A stretch of 64,000 bases of DNA from an uncultured Actinomycetes bacterium (GTDB lineage: Bacteria > Actinomycetota > Acidimicrobiia > Acidimicrobiales > RAAP-2): contig CAIQWC010000043.1 in the NCBI GenBank assembly GCA_903875425.1, positions 2,354 to 66,353 of the forward strand, written 5' to 3'. Position 1 is the stretch's first letter, and each line of letters starts with the position of its first letter. The notes under the pieces are model-generated. The model was not told where the DNA came from and did not search any database. It was given only the letters and a program-made list of their open reading frames with translations. A program made the position numbers and the translations under genes. This document shows, piece after piece, positions 8,873 through 18,486 of this stretch.

Positions 8873-9789
8873 GCGGACTTGGCCAACTCCGTCTTCACTT
8901 CTTCCGAAGGTTCGAAGAGGCCACGCGGCCACGCCCGGGTGACCTTCACCACATTAATTTGGGTGGCGTAGAGAAAGAGTTGCGCGCCAATGTTGAGCCA
9001 GAAAATTAATCCGAGCACTACGGCAAAGAAGCCGTAGATGGCGGTTGTGCGGTGCAGCTGATGCTGAATGAGGTAGCCGCCAAGGTTTTGGAGGATCAAC
9101 CAACCCGTGGCGCCGACTATGACTCCTGAGAGTAATTGGCTTGAACGTACTTCTCGAGGGCTCAGTAGTCTCATTGCCACGTAGTAGGCCAAGAGGTCAA
9201 CAGCCAATGTCGCAGCGCCGATCAAAAAGCGGATCAGCAAGGGGCTGGCGTGAAAAATTCCTGCTTGAGAGACACCGGTAAGCACCGTAGCGGCCACGAC
9301 TGACAAGGCAATGATGCCGAGCAGACCGAGTCCCCGTAGGGTGCGAATGGCAATATTTGGCTCTTCGTGGCGCGGTCGGTGCCATGCTTGGTGAGACGCC
9401 GCCTGTAGCGCCGACGTTAGCCCCAGTGCTCCCCAGAGTAAGAACACGACTGAAGCGATCAGGGCAAAAATATTTCCCCTCTCGAGTGCGTGAATGTTCT
9501 TCGCAATCTGATCTCCAATGACCGGAAAGTCTGCGAGGGCCGAATTGATCAGCCGTCTCGTTGCCGCAGAATTAGTACCCAAGATCATGCCGGCGAAGGT
9601 AATAAATAACAAAAGTAAGGGAAAGACGGAGAGCACACCATAGAAGGTAATGAGGGCGGCATACATAGATCCTCGGGCATCACCATTGCGCTTGATCACC
9701 GCTACAGCGAATGCTGTCGGTCGGAATCGTTGTTGGAATGCATCGAGTCGACGTAGGACCCGTCCTATCGCGGCCGGAGGAAAGGTCAC
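8869..9789 (-). CDS. YihY/BrkB-family inner membrane protein
   Basis: Six hydrophobic helices with the family-typical N-terminal region (FQQRFRPTAFAVAVIKRNGDARGSMYAALITFYGVLSVFPLLLL). The GTG start overlaps the P450 stop (GTGA at 9786-9789). Confidence 0.65.
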   Translation of the reverse strand: MTFPPAAIGRVLRRLDAFQQRFRPTAFAVAVIKRNGDARGSMYAALITFYGVLSVFPLLLLFITFAGMILGTNSAATRRLINSALADFPVIGDQIAKNIHALERGNIFALIASVVFLLWGALGLTSALQAASHQAWHRPRHEEPNIAIRTLRGLGLLGIIALSVVAATVLTGVSQAGIFHASPLLIRFLIGAATLAVDLLAYYVAMRLLSPREVRSSQLLSGVIVGATGWLILQNLGGYLIQHQLHRTTAIYGFFAVVLGLIFWLNIGAQLFLYATQINVVKVTRAWPRGLFEPSEEVKTELAKSA

Positions 9790-11066
9790 CGTTTCACCGC
9801 ATAGTCAAGATGTTTGATGCCGTTGATGAAACTTGACAGTAATCGGTCAGGTTCTGACGTCGCTTCGATACCAGGCATCTGTGTGGAGAGCTCTTGGAAT
9901 ATGGAAGAAATCTCTCGTCGAGCCAAGTGAGCACCGAGGCAGAAGTGTGGTCCAGGCGCACCGAAACCTAAGTGTGGATTGGGGTTTCGTGTGATGTCGA
10001 AGGAATAGGGATCGTCGAAAATATCCTCATCGCGGTTGGCTGAGTTATAAAACATCAAGATTTTGTCACCCTCATGAAAATCAATATCACGAAGGGTGGT
10101 GTCCTTGGTAACGGTTCGACGTATCCAGGTAATGGGCGAAGCCCACCTAACAATTTCTTCAACGGCGGTCGCTTGGTGGGCCTCAAAGTTGGGCCACCAA
10201 AGCTCCCGCTGCTGGGGATAGGTAGTTAGTGCGTAAAGACCGTGGGAAATTGCGGTTCTCGTGGTTTCATTACCGGCCGTCATTAAGAGTACAAAGAATG
10301 AGGAAAGTTCTTGTTGTGTGAGTGAGTCTCCGTCAATGTCAGCTCGCAAGAGTGCAGCAGTAATGTCATCGACATCATCGTTGTTTCGATATTGAACGAT
10401 CTCTTCCATGATGCCAACCATCTCGGCGGCTGCATTAACAAATGCGTTAACGGGGTGGACGCCTTCGGGGATGTACTCAAGATCGGCCATAGCGAGGATG
10501 GTGTTCGACGCCTTCAGCATGGTGACTTCTTCTGAGGGAGGAACACCCATCATCTGGCAAATAACTCTTGTGGGGAAGGGAGCGGCGATATCGGCGACGA
10601 AATCTCCGCCATTACCGTTGGCAAGGGAGGCGACCGTCTCCGCGGCGATTCGTTCAATGGATTGCTCGATTGCCTTGACGCGCTTAGGACTAAATGCGTT
10701 GGCAACAATTCGACGAAGTCGAGCATGACGAGGGTTATCGGTGGAGATCATCCCCGAGAAGTACTCGACCATCTCAGGAGGTAAGTCCAAAATCGATATG
10801 GCACCCTTGCCCGAGCAAAACGTTTCGGGATTTCGTGAGATTTCTGCGATATCTCGGTGCTTGGTGATGGCGTAGTAACCCGAGAGTTCAGGGATAGGGA
10901 GGGGAGAGTCGGGAAAGAAAGGTTCTTCGTAGTAAGAGATGGGTAATTCGGCGCGAAGTCGCGCGAAGGTCGCCTCGCGCTGCTCGAGGGTCTCAGCCCA
11001 AAATGGCATAAAGGATAGGTCAATGCCTTCTAGATGCAACGTGGCGGGATCATTCACAGGCTCCAC
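9786..11066 (-). CDS. Cytochrome P450
   Basis: Haem-thiolate loop FGAPGPHFCLGAHLARRE, I-helix LLMTAGNETT and K-helix EEIVRW. Confidence 0.9.
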   Translation of the reverse strand: MEPVNDPATLHLEGIDLSFMPFWAETLEQREATFARLRAELPISYYEEPFFPDSPLPIPELSGYYAITKHRDIAEISRNPETFCSGKGAISILDLPPEMVEYFSGMISTDNPRHARLRRIVANAFSPKRVKAIEQSIERIAAETVASLANGNGGDFVADIAAPFPTRVICQMMGVPPSEEVTMLKASNTILAMADLEYIPEGVHPVNAFVNAAAEMVGIMEEIVQYRNNDDVDDITAALLRADIDGDSLTQQELSSFFVLLMTAGNETTRTAISHGLYALTTYPQQRELWWPNFEAHQATAVEEIVRWASPITWIRRTVTKDTTLRDIDFHEGDKILMFYNSANRDEDIFDDPYSFDITRNPNPHLGFGAPGPHFCLGAHLARREISSIFQELSTQMPGIEATSEPDRLLSSFINGIKHLDYAVKR

Positions 11067-11117
11067 GTTACCTAGGCTGCGTCGCAGGCGAGTGCCGCCA
11101 CCTCTAGGCTGAAAGCC

Positions 11118-11477
11118 ATGGAGAACACCCCCGTAGGTATCAAAGGAACCGAAATACTCAGCGATACCGTCAGGGCTGAGCGACTCGAAGCGGTCCGAAA
11201 GTTAATCGAAATGCTGCGGCCAGCCGTCCAAGCGGATGGAGGAGATTTAGTTTTAATCTCTGTCGACACCGACGCTGGCATCATTGAAGTACAACTTCAG
11301 GGAGCCTGCTCGAGCTGTGCGGTTAGTTCCTCCACGTTGCAAGGAGGCGTTGAGCGGATTTTGAAGGGAAAGCTTGACTGGGTGACTGAAGTCATCGGGG
11401 GCATCGATGAATCTGAAGACGTTGCCTATTCGGCGTCGCTTGGCATGGGGGGCTGGACGCCGAAGTCGATCAGCTAA
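11118..11477 (+). CDS. NifU C-terminal-domain-like Fe-S cluster scaffold/carrier protein
   Basis: RPAVQADGGDLVLISVD....VQLQGACSSCAVSSSTLQGGVERIL, which is the CxxC NifU/Nfu-type motif. Confidence 0.6.
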   Translation: MENTPVGIKGTEILSDTVRAERLEAVRKLIEMLRPAVQADGGDLVLISVDTDAGIIEVQLQGACSSCAVSSSTLQGGVERILKGKLDWVTEVIGGIDESEDVAYSASLGMGGWTPKSIS

Positions 11478-12730
11478 TGGGGCCAGCAATTCTGAAGGCT
11501 GGGAAACGTACCTTTCGTGCCCTAGGAGTTCGTAACTTCAGGCTGTACTTTGCTGGACAATTAATCTCCATGTCGGGGACGTGGATGCAGATGGTTGCAC
11601 AAGCCTGGCTTGTGCTCAAGATTACGAACTCTGCCGTTTACTTAGGCCTTGTTGTAGCAACACAATTTTTACCCATGTTGTTATTTGGGACATTGGGCGG
11701 TCTAATAGTTGACCGTTCGGCCAAACGCCCCCTCTTGTTTGCTACGCAATCGATCTCGGGACTACTCGCGCTGAGCTTGGCTATCTTGGATGCAACGGGA
11801 CATATTAACGTCACCGAGATTTTCGTCATTGCATTATTGCTGGGGTGTGTCAACGTATTTGACACACCCGCGCGTCAAACCTTCGTGCAAGAGATGGTGG
11901 GGAGAGAACTCCTTCCGAATGCTGTGAGTTTGAATTCCGTCTTGATGAATTCGGGTCGCATTATTGGCCCGGCCATCGCCGGTGGGGTCATCGCTGCGGC
12001 GGGAACCGCAGTGTGCTTCTTTGTGAATGCAGGATCATTCCTCGCAGTCATCGCGGCGCTTGGCCTCATGGATACCGCGGCGCTCACTCCTATTCGTAGA
12101 GAAGTTAAGGGCAAGGGGCAATTAAGAGCCGGGCTGGGGTATGCGTTTCATGATCGCTTACTGCGAAGTGTCCTCATTGCAGTAGGAATCGTTGGTGTTT
12201 TTGTTTTTAACTTCACGGTTTCACTTCCTCTTCTCGTGCGAGAAACCTTCCATGGAAATGCTGCTTCTTACGGTTTACTGATGGCAGGCATGGGCTTGGG
12301 AGCAGTCATTGGCGGTCTCGTGATTGCGCACCGCCAACGTCCCAGTATCAAGATGTTGGTTGTCGTTGGCCTCTTATTCGGGCTTACGACGGCCATGGTT
12401 GGGTTGGCACCAAGCCTGATTATTGCTCAATTCGCTGCGATTTTGATGGGGGCATTCTCCATTGCTTTCGTGTCAACGGCAAACGCAACCTTGCAGATGG
12501 CGTCTCGTGAAGAGATGCGAGGAAGGGTGCTTGCTCTCTTTGCGATTGGCTTCCTTGGGTCGACGCCTATCGGCGCTCCACTCGTTGGCGTGATCAGCTC
12601 GCTCAGTAGCCCTCGGGTAGCTCTGGTGGTAGGTGCGACATCATGCTGGGTAGCCTCAGGCTTGCTGGCGCTGTCAACTCGAGGCCAGACAGGTGAGCAC
12701 CAAGATCAAGATAAGGCCAGACTTTCTTAG
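11477..12730 (+). CDS. MFS transporter (EntS/MFS_3-like)
   Basis: About 12 hydrophobic helices, FRLYFAGQLISMSGTWMQ at the N-terminus and a GGLIVDRSAKRP loop motif. The start overlaps the NifU stop (TAATG). Confidence 0.7.
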   Translation: MGPAILKAGKRTFRALGVRNFRLYFAGQLISMSGTWMQMVAQAWLVLKITNSAVYLGLVVATQFLPMLLFGTLGGLIVDRSAKRPLLFATQSISGLLALSLAILDATGHINVTEIFVIALLLGCVNVFDTPARQTFVQEMVGRELLPNAVSLNSVLMNSGRIIGPAIAGGVIAAAGTAVCFFVNAGSFLAVIAALGLMDTAALTPIRREVKGKGQLRAGLGYAFHDRLLRSVLIAVGIVGVFVFNFTVSLPLLVRETFHGNAASYGLLMAGMGLGAVIGGLVIAHRQRPSIKMLVVVGLLFGLTTAMVGLAPSLIIAQFAAILMGAFSIAFVSTANATLQMASREEMRGRVLALFAIGFLGSTPIGAPLVGVISSLSSPRVALVVGATSCWVASGLLALSTRGQTGEHQDQDKARLS

Positions 12731-14028
12731 TCTTGCTTGGTCTTGGGCTCTTTGGGTAGCCCCAGGGCCCGCTCAGCGACGATGTTGCGCTGTATCTCAG
12801 CAGCTCCACCCCAAATGGTCTCGGAGCGCGAGAAGAAGAACGATGCTTGTAGCTTCGAAACGGGGTAGGACTCGGTACCTTGGAGGTGTCCTGAAATTGA
12901 GGACTCGTTGAGGTCACTGCCGGTCAAAATTTGGCCCTCGGGCCCCAAGAGGTCGATGTAGAGCTCCATGGTGCGACGGTGACTCTCGGACCAGAACATC
13001 TTGTTGCACGCATTCAGTTTTGCGCTGTGATTCGTGCCGTTAATCGCGTCCGTCAGGATGCGGTAACCGTTGATCTCCATAATTTTAATATCGGTCCACG
13101 ATCTGACGAGACCTTGACGGATAATGGGATCGGTGGTGGCGCCGCGATGCTTCGCTACGGCGACGATCTCTTCCCACTCGCTGAGAAAGCGTCGGAATCC
13201 CGTGGTCGAGGATGCTCCACGTTCGAAACCAAGCGTGGTCATCGCAACCTTCCAGCCATTGTTAACACCACCGACCACATTGTCTTTGGGGGCTCGAGCA
13301 TCGGTGAAGAAGACTTCATTGAATTCAGATGATCCGTCGATTTGGGTGATGGGCCTCACCTCAATACCTGTTTGGTGCATGGGAACGAGGATGAAGCTAA
13401 TGCCCGCGTGCTGTGCGGCGTGGTTATCGGTTCTCGCCAGTAGGAACATGTAATCGGCGTACTGGGCTTGTGTAGTCCACACTTTTTGGCCGTTAATGAT
13501 CCACTCTTCACCGTCAAGTACGGCTTGGCAACGCAGCGCCGCTAAGTCACTCCCCGCGTTGGGTTCGGAGAACCCTTGGCACCATGAGGTGCTTCCTTGC
13601 AAGATACCGGGAAGAAACTCTTTCTTCTGTGCTTCGGTGCCCCACTCCAAAAGTGTCGGACCAACAAGCGTGTCGCCAAAAAAATCTGCGCGCAGCGGTG
13701 CGCCAGCCCGAGCGAACTCCTCGGAAACCACGACTTGTTCAATTAAATTCAGTCCTTTGCCTCCGTACTCCTTTGGCCAATTGGCACAAATCCAACCGCC
13801 TCGGAATAATTCCTGAACCCAGGCTTTGTTAAAAGCGCTACGTTCAGATTCGGACATCTCGAATCCCTCATCGAACCAGCCATGGGGAAGGTGATCAATC
13901 AACCACTGACGGACGTCAGCCCTCAACGCTTCGGTGCTCGCTGGATAGGACAAATCCACCTTATGGAGCGTAGCGACCCAAACTGGAATCTGCCCTAAGT
14001 TGCCGTCAGGGCGATATCGGGGGAACAT
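12727..14028 (-). CDS. Acyl-CoA dehydrogenase (FadE-like)
   Basis: WPKEYGGKGL, WCQGFSEPNAGSDLA and C-terminal IWGGAAEIQRNIVAERALGLP. The track ORF reaches 14187, but that N-terminal extension looks non-native. ATG 14028 is chosen and the start is uncertain. Confidence 0.75.
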   Translation of the reverse strand: MFPRYRPDGNLGQIPVWVATLHKVDLSYPASTEALRADVRQWLIDHLPHGWFDEGFEMSESERSAFNKAWVQELFRGGWICANWPKEYGGKGLNLIEQVVVSEEFARAGAPLRADFFGDTLVGPTLLEWGTEAQKKEFLPGILQGSTSWCQGFSEPNAGSDLAALRCQAVLDGEEWIINGQKVWTTQAQYADYMFLLARTDNHAAQHAGISFILVPMHQTGIEVRPITQIDGSSEFNEVFFTDARAPKDNVVGGVNNGWKVAMTTLGFERGASSTTGFRRFLSEWEEIVAVAKHRGATTDPIIRQGLVRSWTDIKIMEINGYRILTDAINGTNHSAKLNACNKMFWSESHRRTMELYIDLLGPEGQILTGSDLNESSISGHLQGTESYPVSKLQASFFFSRSETIWGGAAEIQRNIVAERALGLPKEPKTKQD

Positions 14029-14083
14029 AGAGCCATTCACAGTACAAATGGGGTAGGTAGGTCCCCGAGGTCGGAGAGCCCCC

Positions 14084-15460
14084 GTGTCCCGTTCGATCGC
14101 AGCGATCGTTAAAGAAATCAAGGAGTCTGCGCAGCGAAGCGCAGAGATTGTCATTCCACAACGGATCCCGCCCCGCCCTGCGCGCAACGGGGGGAGTCGT
14201 GTTGCTTTCCTCTGCTATCGCGGTAATCCAACCTGCGGCGGTCAAGGCGTCTATACCCGTCATCTGACGAGAGAGCTGGTGGCCCTAGGTCACAGTGTGG
14301 AAGTTTTCGCCGGACCTCCTTGGCCGCAACTCGATGAAGGCGTTGGGTTCACAGCGGTGCCAAGTTTGGATCTCTACCGTGACCCTGATCCCTTTCGTAT
14401 TCCCATGCCTCGCGAATTTAAAACTCGTGAAGATGTCGAAGAGTTCGCCATAATGCTCACTGCAGGATTCGGCGAACCGCTGACCTTCTCGCACCGCGTT
14501 GAAAAGATTTTGAGGTCTCGGCGTGATGAGTTCGACATCGTCCACGATAATCAGTGTCTTGGAAACGGGATTTATGATTTAGTTCGTGACGGCTGGCCAC
14601 TACTTCAAACCTTGCACCACCCCATTACGGTGGATCGCTCAATTGCGCTCGATCACGCCGAATCGTGGCAACAGAAGTTAGGTACGCGGCGTTGGTTCGG
14701 TTTTCTCCGTATGCAAGCGAGGGTTGCTCGAAAAATGCCCGCGATCTTGACCGTGAGCCACAACTCTAAGATCGATATTCATACACAACTCGGTGTCGAT
14801 CTCGACAAGATCACCGTGGTGCCCGTCGGTGTTGACCATGATGTCTTTACTCCTCAAGATGATGTGGCCAAAATCAAAGGTCGCATTATGGTGACCTCCT
14901 CGTCGGACGTACCGATGAAAGGACTCGTACCGCTGCTCGAAGCGGTAGCCGCATTGCGCACGGAACGAACGCTCAGCGTCACCTTGATTGGCCGCCCCCG
15001 ACCCCATGGCCGCGTCGCGAAGGCCATCGAGCGCCTCGGTCTGACCGACATAATCACTGAAATTTCAGGGGTTAGCGATGCAGCATTAGCTCGTCTCTAC
15101 GCAGAAGCCGAAGTCGCGGTAGTCCCTTCGCTCTATGAGGGTTTTAGTCTTCCCGCCATTGAAGCGATGAGTTGCGGAGTTGCGGTTGTGGGAACTACCG
15201 GAGGGGCTATCCCTGAAGTTGTCGGAGTGAACGGTCAAACCGGGTTACTCGTCGAACCCGATAACGCTGAGGCGCTCCGCCACGCCATCGAGACGGTGCT
15301 CGATGACGAAGTACTTCGCAATGCGCTCGGTGCGGCCGGCCGAGAACGGGTCATTCGTCGCTTCACCTGGCAGGTAACGGCTCGGGGCACCGCTGCTTGC
15401 TATGACGCAATTCTGAGGGGCCTGCCGCTTCCCGATGCGGTTGACTTTGAATCATGCTGA
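14084..15460 (+). CDS. Family 4 (GT-B, group 1) glycosyltransferase
   Basis: N-terminal GGQGVYTRHLTRELVALGHSVEVF and C-terminal EGFSLPAIEAMSCGVAVVGTTGGAIPEVV (E-x7-E region). The exact start is uncertain. Confidence 0.8.
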   Translation: MSRSIAAIVKEIKESAQRSAEIVIPQRIPPRPARNGGSRVAFLCYRGNPTCGGQGVYTRHLTRELVALGHSVEVFAGPPWPQLDEGVGFTAVPSLDLYRDPDPFRIPMPREFKTREDVEEFAIMLTAGFGEPLTFSHRVEKILRSRRDEFDIVHDNQCLGNGIYDLVRDGWPLLQTLHHPITVDRSIALDHAESWQQKLGTRRWFGFLRMQARVARKMPAILTVSHNSKIDIHTQLGVDLDKITVVPVGVDHDVFTPQDDVAKIKGRIMVTSSSDVPMKGLVPLLEAVAALRTERTLSVTLIGRPRPHGRVAKAIERLGLTDIITEISGVSDAALARLYAEAEVAVVPSLYEGFSLPAIEAMSCGVAVVGTTGGAIPEVVGVNGQTGLLVEPDNAEALRHAIETVLDDEVLRNALGAAGRERVIRRFTWQVTARGTAACYDAILRGLPLPDAVDFESC

Positions 15461-16170
15461 CCGCTAATTTCGATCGCTTAGGCCTTCACGATGGCGACCG
15501 GGTTCTCGACCTGGGGTGCGGATTCGGCCGACATGCCTTCGAGGTTGCCCGAAGAGGGGCTGCGGTCGTGGCCGTCGATCCTGGCCAGGATGAGACCACC
15601 TCGGCTTCGGCGACCTTTGCGGCAATGGCGCAAGCAGGCGAGATAGCCCCGACAACACCCGTATCGGTATTGCGTGGCGACGGCTTACACCTACCCTTTG
15701 GCGACGGCAGTTTTGATCGCGTCATATGTTCAGAGGTACTCGAACACATCAGTCACGATGACGTAGCGATTGCTGAGCTTGGTCGTGTCCTGCGTGTCGG
15801 CGGAACGATGGCCGTGACCGTACCGAGATTTGGTCCCGAGTGGGTGAACTGGCTGATCTCTGACGAGTATCACGAGACGCCCGGTGGTCATGTGCGGATA
15901 TATCGGCGAGCAGGCCTAGTCGCCAAACTTGGCCGTGCCGGCCTTCGAGTTACGAGTCATGATCACGTCCATGGACTACACAGTCCCTACTGGTGGCTCA
16001 AATGTCTCGTTGGGGTTAGCAACGAGCACCATGGCTTAGTCAAGTTGTACCACCGCTTTTTAGTGTGGGACATCATGAAGCGCCCGGCCTTGACAAGGTG
16101 GTTGGAACGGATACTCTCACCAGTGATGGGTAAGTCCCTCGTGATCTATGTCGTTAAGGAGGCTTCGTGA
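15454..16170 (+). CDS. Class I SAM-dependent methyltransferase
   Basis: Motif I VLDLGCGFGRH and a post-I acidic residue. DRVICSEVLEHI is typical of Methyltransf_11. It overlaps the GT4 stop. Confidence 0.8.
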   Translation: MLTANFDRLGLHDGDRVLDLGCGFGRHAFEVARRGAAVVAVDPGQDETTSASATFAAMAQAGEIAPTTPVSVLRGDGLHLPFGDGSFDRVICSEVLEHISHDDVAIAELGRVLRVGGTMAVTVPRFGPEWVNWLISDEYHETPGGHVRIYRRAGLVAKLGRAGLRVTSHDHVHGLHSPYWWLKCLVGVSNEHHGLVKLYHRFLVWDIMKRPALTRWLERILSPVMGKSLVIYVVKEAS

Positions 16171-17243
16171 CGGCGTTGACGGGTCGAATCCCTGAGGTTC
16201 CAGATATCTTGAGCGCCGCCGAGCTCACCGCTACGGTCGACCATCTGGTGGGCCTTCAGCTCCCCTCTGGAATGGTGCCCTGGTTTGATGGTGGACATAG
16301 TGATCCCTGGAATCACGTAGAGGCAGCGATGGCGTTCTCGGTCGGAGGCCGAGATGCGGAAGCCCAAGCAGCGTTTACTTGGTTGCGCGATCGACAGCTT
16401 GGTAACGGAAGTTGGTTCAACTACTACCGCGCCGAAGGAGTTAAGGACCAGCGTATCGATACCAACGTCTGCGCCTATGTAGCTGTTGGCCTGTGGCACC
16501 ATGCGCTCGCGACGGATTCCCACGACGTTCTCGTAGCGAATCTTGCCATGCTGGAATCAGCCATTGATTTTGTTCTCGCCCACCAACGCCGTGATGGAAC
16601 GATTGCGTGGTCTATTGACGCCACGGGAAAAACTGAGAACTATGCACTCTTGACTGGGAGTTCATCGATATTGCTTTCCCTAAGGTGTGCTGTGGCAGCC
16701 GTGGAAGCATTGGGTTTAGCTCGACCTGATTGGGAGTTGGCAGCAAGTCGGTTGGCCCATACCATTGCGCATCACCCCGGAGCCTTCGCTCCTAAACGTG
16801 AATTCGCTATGGACTGGTACTACCCGGTACTTTCTGGGGCCCTGACGCAAGAAGCAGGCCAGCAGCGTATCGAGCGTTACTGGGACGAATTTGTTATGGA
16901 TGGCTTAGGAGTTCGCTGTGTGTCGACCGAGCCGTGGGTGACTGCTGCGGAGACTGCTGAACTGGTCATCACCCTGAATGCGCTCGGCCACCAAGACCTC
17001 GCACAGGGACTTTTTGCGACGTCGAAAGCGCATCGGCGACTCGACGGTTCCTATACGACGGGCTTGGTCTATCCCAGTGGGATAAGTTTCCCGTCGGATG
17101 AAGCCACCAGCTATACCGCAGCGGCAGTGGTACTTGCCGCCGATGCACTGAGCCGCGCTAGTGGCGCATCAGGAGTTCTGGCGGGTGAGCACCTTCCTGG
17201 CGTGCTTGACCTTGACGGTGGGCAATGCAGCCACCGTCACTAA
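16167..17243 (+). CDS. Alpha/alpha-toroid protein (prenyltransferase/squalene-oxidase-repeat-like); function unknown
   Basis: Repeated aromatic/Gly motifs (QLPSGMVPWF, QLGNGSWFNYY, QRRDGTIAWS, RRLDGSYTTG) spaced as in terpenoid-cyclase/prenyltransferase-type repeats. It has a 4-nt overlap with the upstream methyltransferase. Confidence 0.45.
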   Translation: MTALTGRIPEVPDILSAAELTATVDHLVGLQLPSGMVPWFDGGHSDPWNHVEAAMAFSVGGRDAEAQAAFTWLRDRQLGNGSWFNYYRAEGVKDQRIDTNVCAYVAVGLWHHALATDSHDVLVANLAMLESAIDFVLAHQRRDGTIAWSIDATGKTENYALLTGSSSILLSLRCAVAAVEALGLARPDWELAASRLAHTIAHHPGAFAPKREFAMDWYYPVLSGALTQEAGQQRIERYWDEFVMDGLGVRCVSTEPWVTAAETAELVITLNALGHQDLAQGLFATSKAHRRLDGSYTTGLVYPSGISFPSDEATSYTAAAVVLAADALSRASGASGVLAGEHLPGVLDLDGGQCSHRH

Positions 17244-17246
17244 GCC

Positions 17247-17888
17247 TCAGGTAGTTCGGCGCAAGACTCGAAGACTGCCACAGCGATCGACGTCGCAGAA
17301 TGCCCGACTGCTGCGTGCTGCTTGGTATATCTCATAGGGTGGTCGACCACCATCCGCGGGATTTTCGAAGACATCGTGAATGGCCAGGTAACCATGCGGC
17401 GCCACCTTAGGGATCCAGGCCCGGTAATCAGCCCACGCAACGTCGCTGCCATGGCCTCCATCGATGAAGAGCAGATCAAGGGGTGTGGTCCACTGTCGAG
17501 CGACGTGGGTTGATTCGCCAACGATACCAATGACCGTGTCTTCGAGGTGGGCTGTTGCAATGGTGCGCTGAAAATGGGGGAGCGTGTTGAGACGACCATC
17601 GATGGGGTCGAGAAGTTCTTCGTCGAAGTATTCCCAACCGACTTGGTTTTCCTCTGAGCCATGGTGGTGATCCACGCTGAAAACGGTGGCTCCGGTCTCT
17701 TCGGCGCCAGTACCTAGGTAGACGGCAGATTTTCCACACCATGAACCGATCTCGAGCAAGACCGCATGCTTACGTTCACGGCCTACGCGACGAGCAAGAT
17801 CCAAGAGGTGGTAACCCTCATCGTCGGGCATGAAGCCCTTGGTCGCCCGTGCAAGAGCAATGAGATGACGTGTTCTTGGTGATTCCAT
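17247..17888 (-). CDS. Class I SAM-dependent methyltransferase (Methyltransf_24/CmcI-like)
   Basis: LLEIGSWCGKSAVYLG (motif I), LLFIDGGHG and YLAIHDV. Confidence 0.65.
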   Translation of the reverse strand: MESPRTRHLIALARATKGFMPDDEGYHLLDLARRVGRERKHAVLLEIGSWCGKSAVYLGTGAEETGATVFSVDHHHGSEENQVGWEYFDEELLDPIDGRLNTLPHFQRTIATAHLEDTVIGIVGESTHVARQWTTPLDLLFIDGGHGSDVAWADYRAWIPKVAPHGYLAIHDVFENPADGGRPPYEIYQAARSSRAFCDVDRCGSLRVLRRTT

Positions 17889-17892
17889 GAGA

Positions 17893-18486
17893 TCAGCGTA
17901 CGAAAATCGCGACCAGGCTGTAGATGCCGAATCCCGCCAAGATCACGCCACCACCTTTGCGAATGGCGGAAAGGGGCAAAACACGCAACAGGGCGCGACC
18001 CGAGAGTGCGGCAATGCCCGAGATGGCAATCAGGGCACAGCTCCCAGCGATGAATACGGTGAGAATATCGTGGCTCTTGGCTACGAAGTTAATGACGAGC
18101 AATTGAGTCAGGTCGCCAAATTCGCCAATGAAAATAACGAGAAATGCGGAACCGGCGACCCGCAAAAAGCTACCCAGGCTCTCGTGGTCAGCAGCTTCTT
18201 CACCCCTTTCCTCCTCGTGTTTCTCAGGAATGAAGAGGAGGTAGAACGCTCCTCCCAAAAAGAGCACCGTCTCAAAAATCAAGACGACGCGATGGGGTAG
18301 GAGCAAGATGAGTCTGCCGGCTACGCAACTCAAGGCCACTTGCGCTACAAAGGCTGAGCCAGCGCCTAGCCATACTGCTCGAGAGTTGGACCGTGACCCC
18401 ATGACCAGGGTGGCGATCATGGTCTTATCTGGCAGCTCCGCTACGAAGAGAACGGCAAAGACCGTACCGAAGAGGGCGAGGTTCAC
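17893..18486 (-). CDS. GDT1/TMEM165 (UPF0016) family cation (Mn2+/Ca2+) transporter
   Basis: Two copies of the family signature E-x-G-D-[KR]-[TS]: AELPDKTMIAT and GEFGDLTQLLV. Six hydrophobic helices. The GTG start overlaps the pepN stop (GTGA, 18483-18486). Confidence 0.7.
   Translation of the reverse strand: MNLALFGTVFAVLFVAELPDKTMIATLVMGSRSNSRAVWLGAGSAFVAQVALSCVAGRLILLLPHRVVLIFETVLFLGGAFYLLFIPEKHEEERGEEAADHESLGSFLRVAGSAFLVIFIGEFGDLTQLLVINFVAKSHDILTVFIAGSCALIAISGIAALSGRALLRVLPLSAIRKGGGVILAGFGIYSLVAIFVR

Noticed and set aside
14029-14187. The N-terminal 53-aa extension of the acyl-CoA dehydrogenase ORF.
   Set aside because: The extension (MRAGRGGIRCGMTISALRC...) looks non-native and would overlap the divergent GT4 gene. 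The internal ATG at 14028 gives a normal-length ACAD.
17889-18486. A yybP-ykoY Mn2+ riboswitch upstream of the GDT1/UPF0016 transporter.
   Set aside because: There is no leader, because the gene start overlaps the pepN stop codon.
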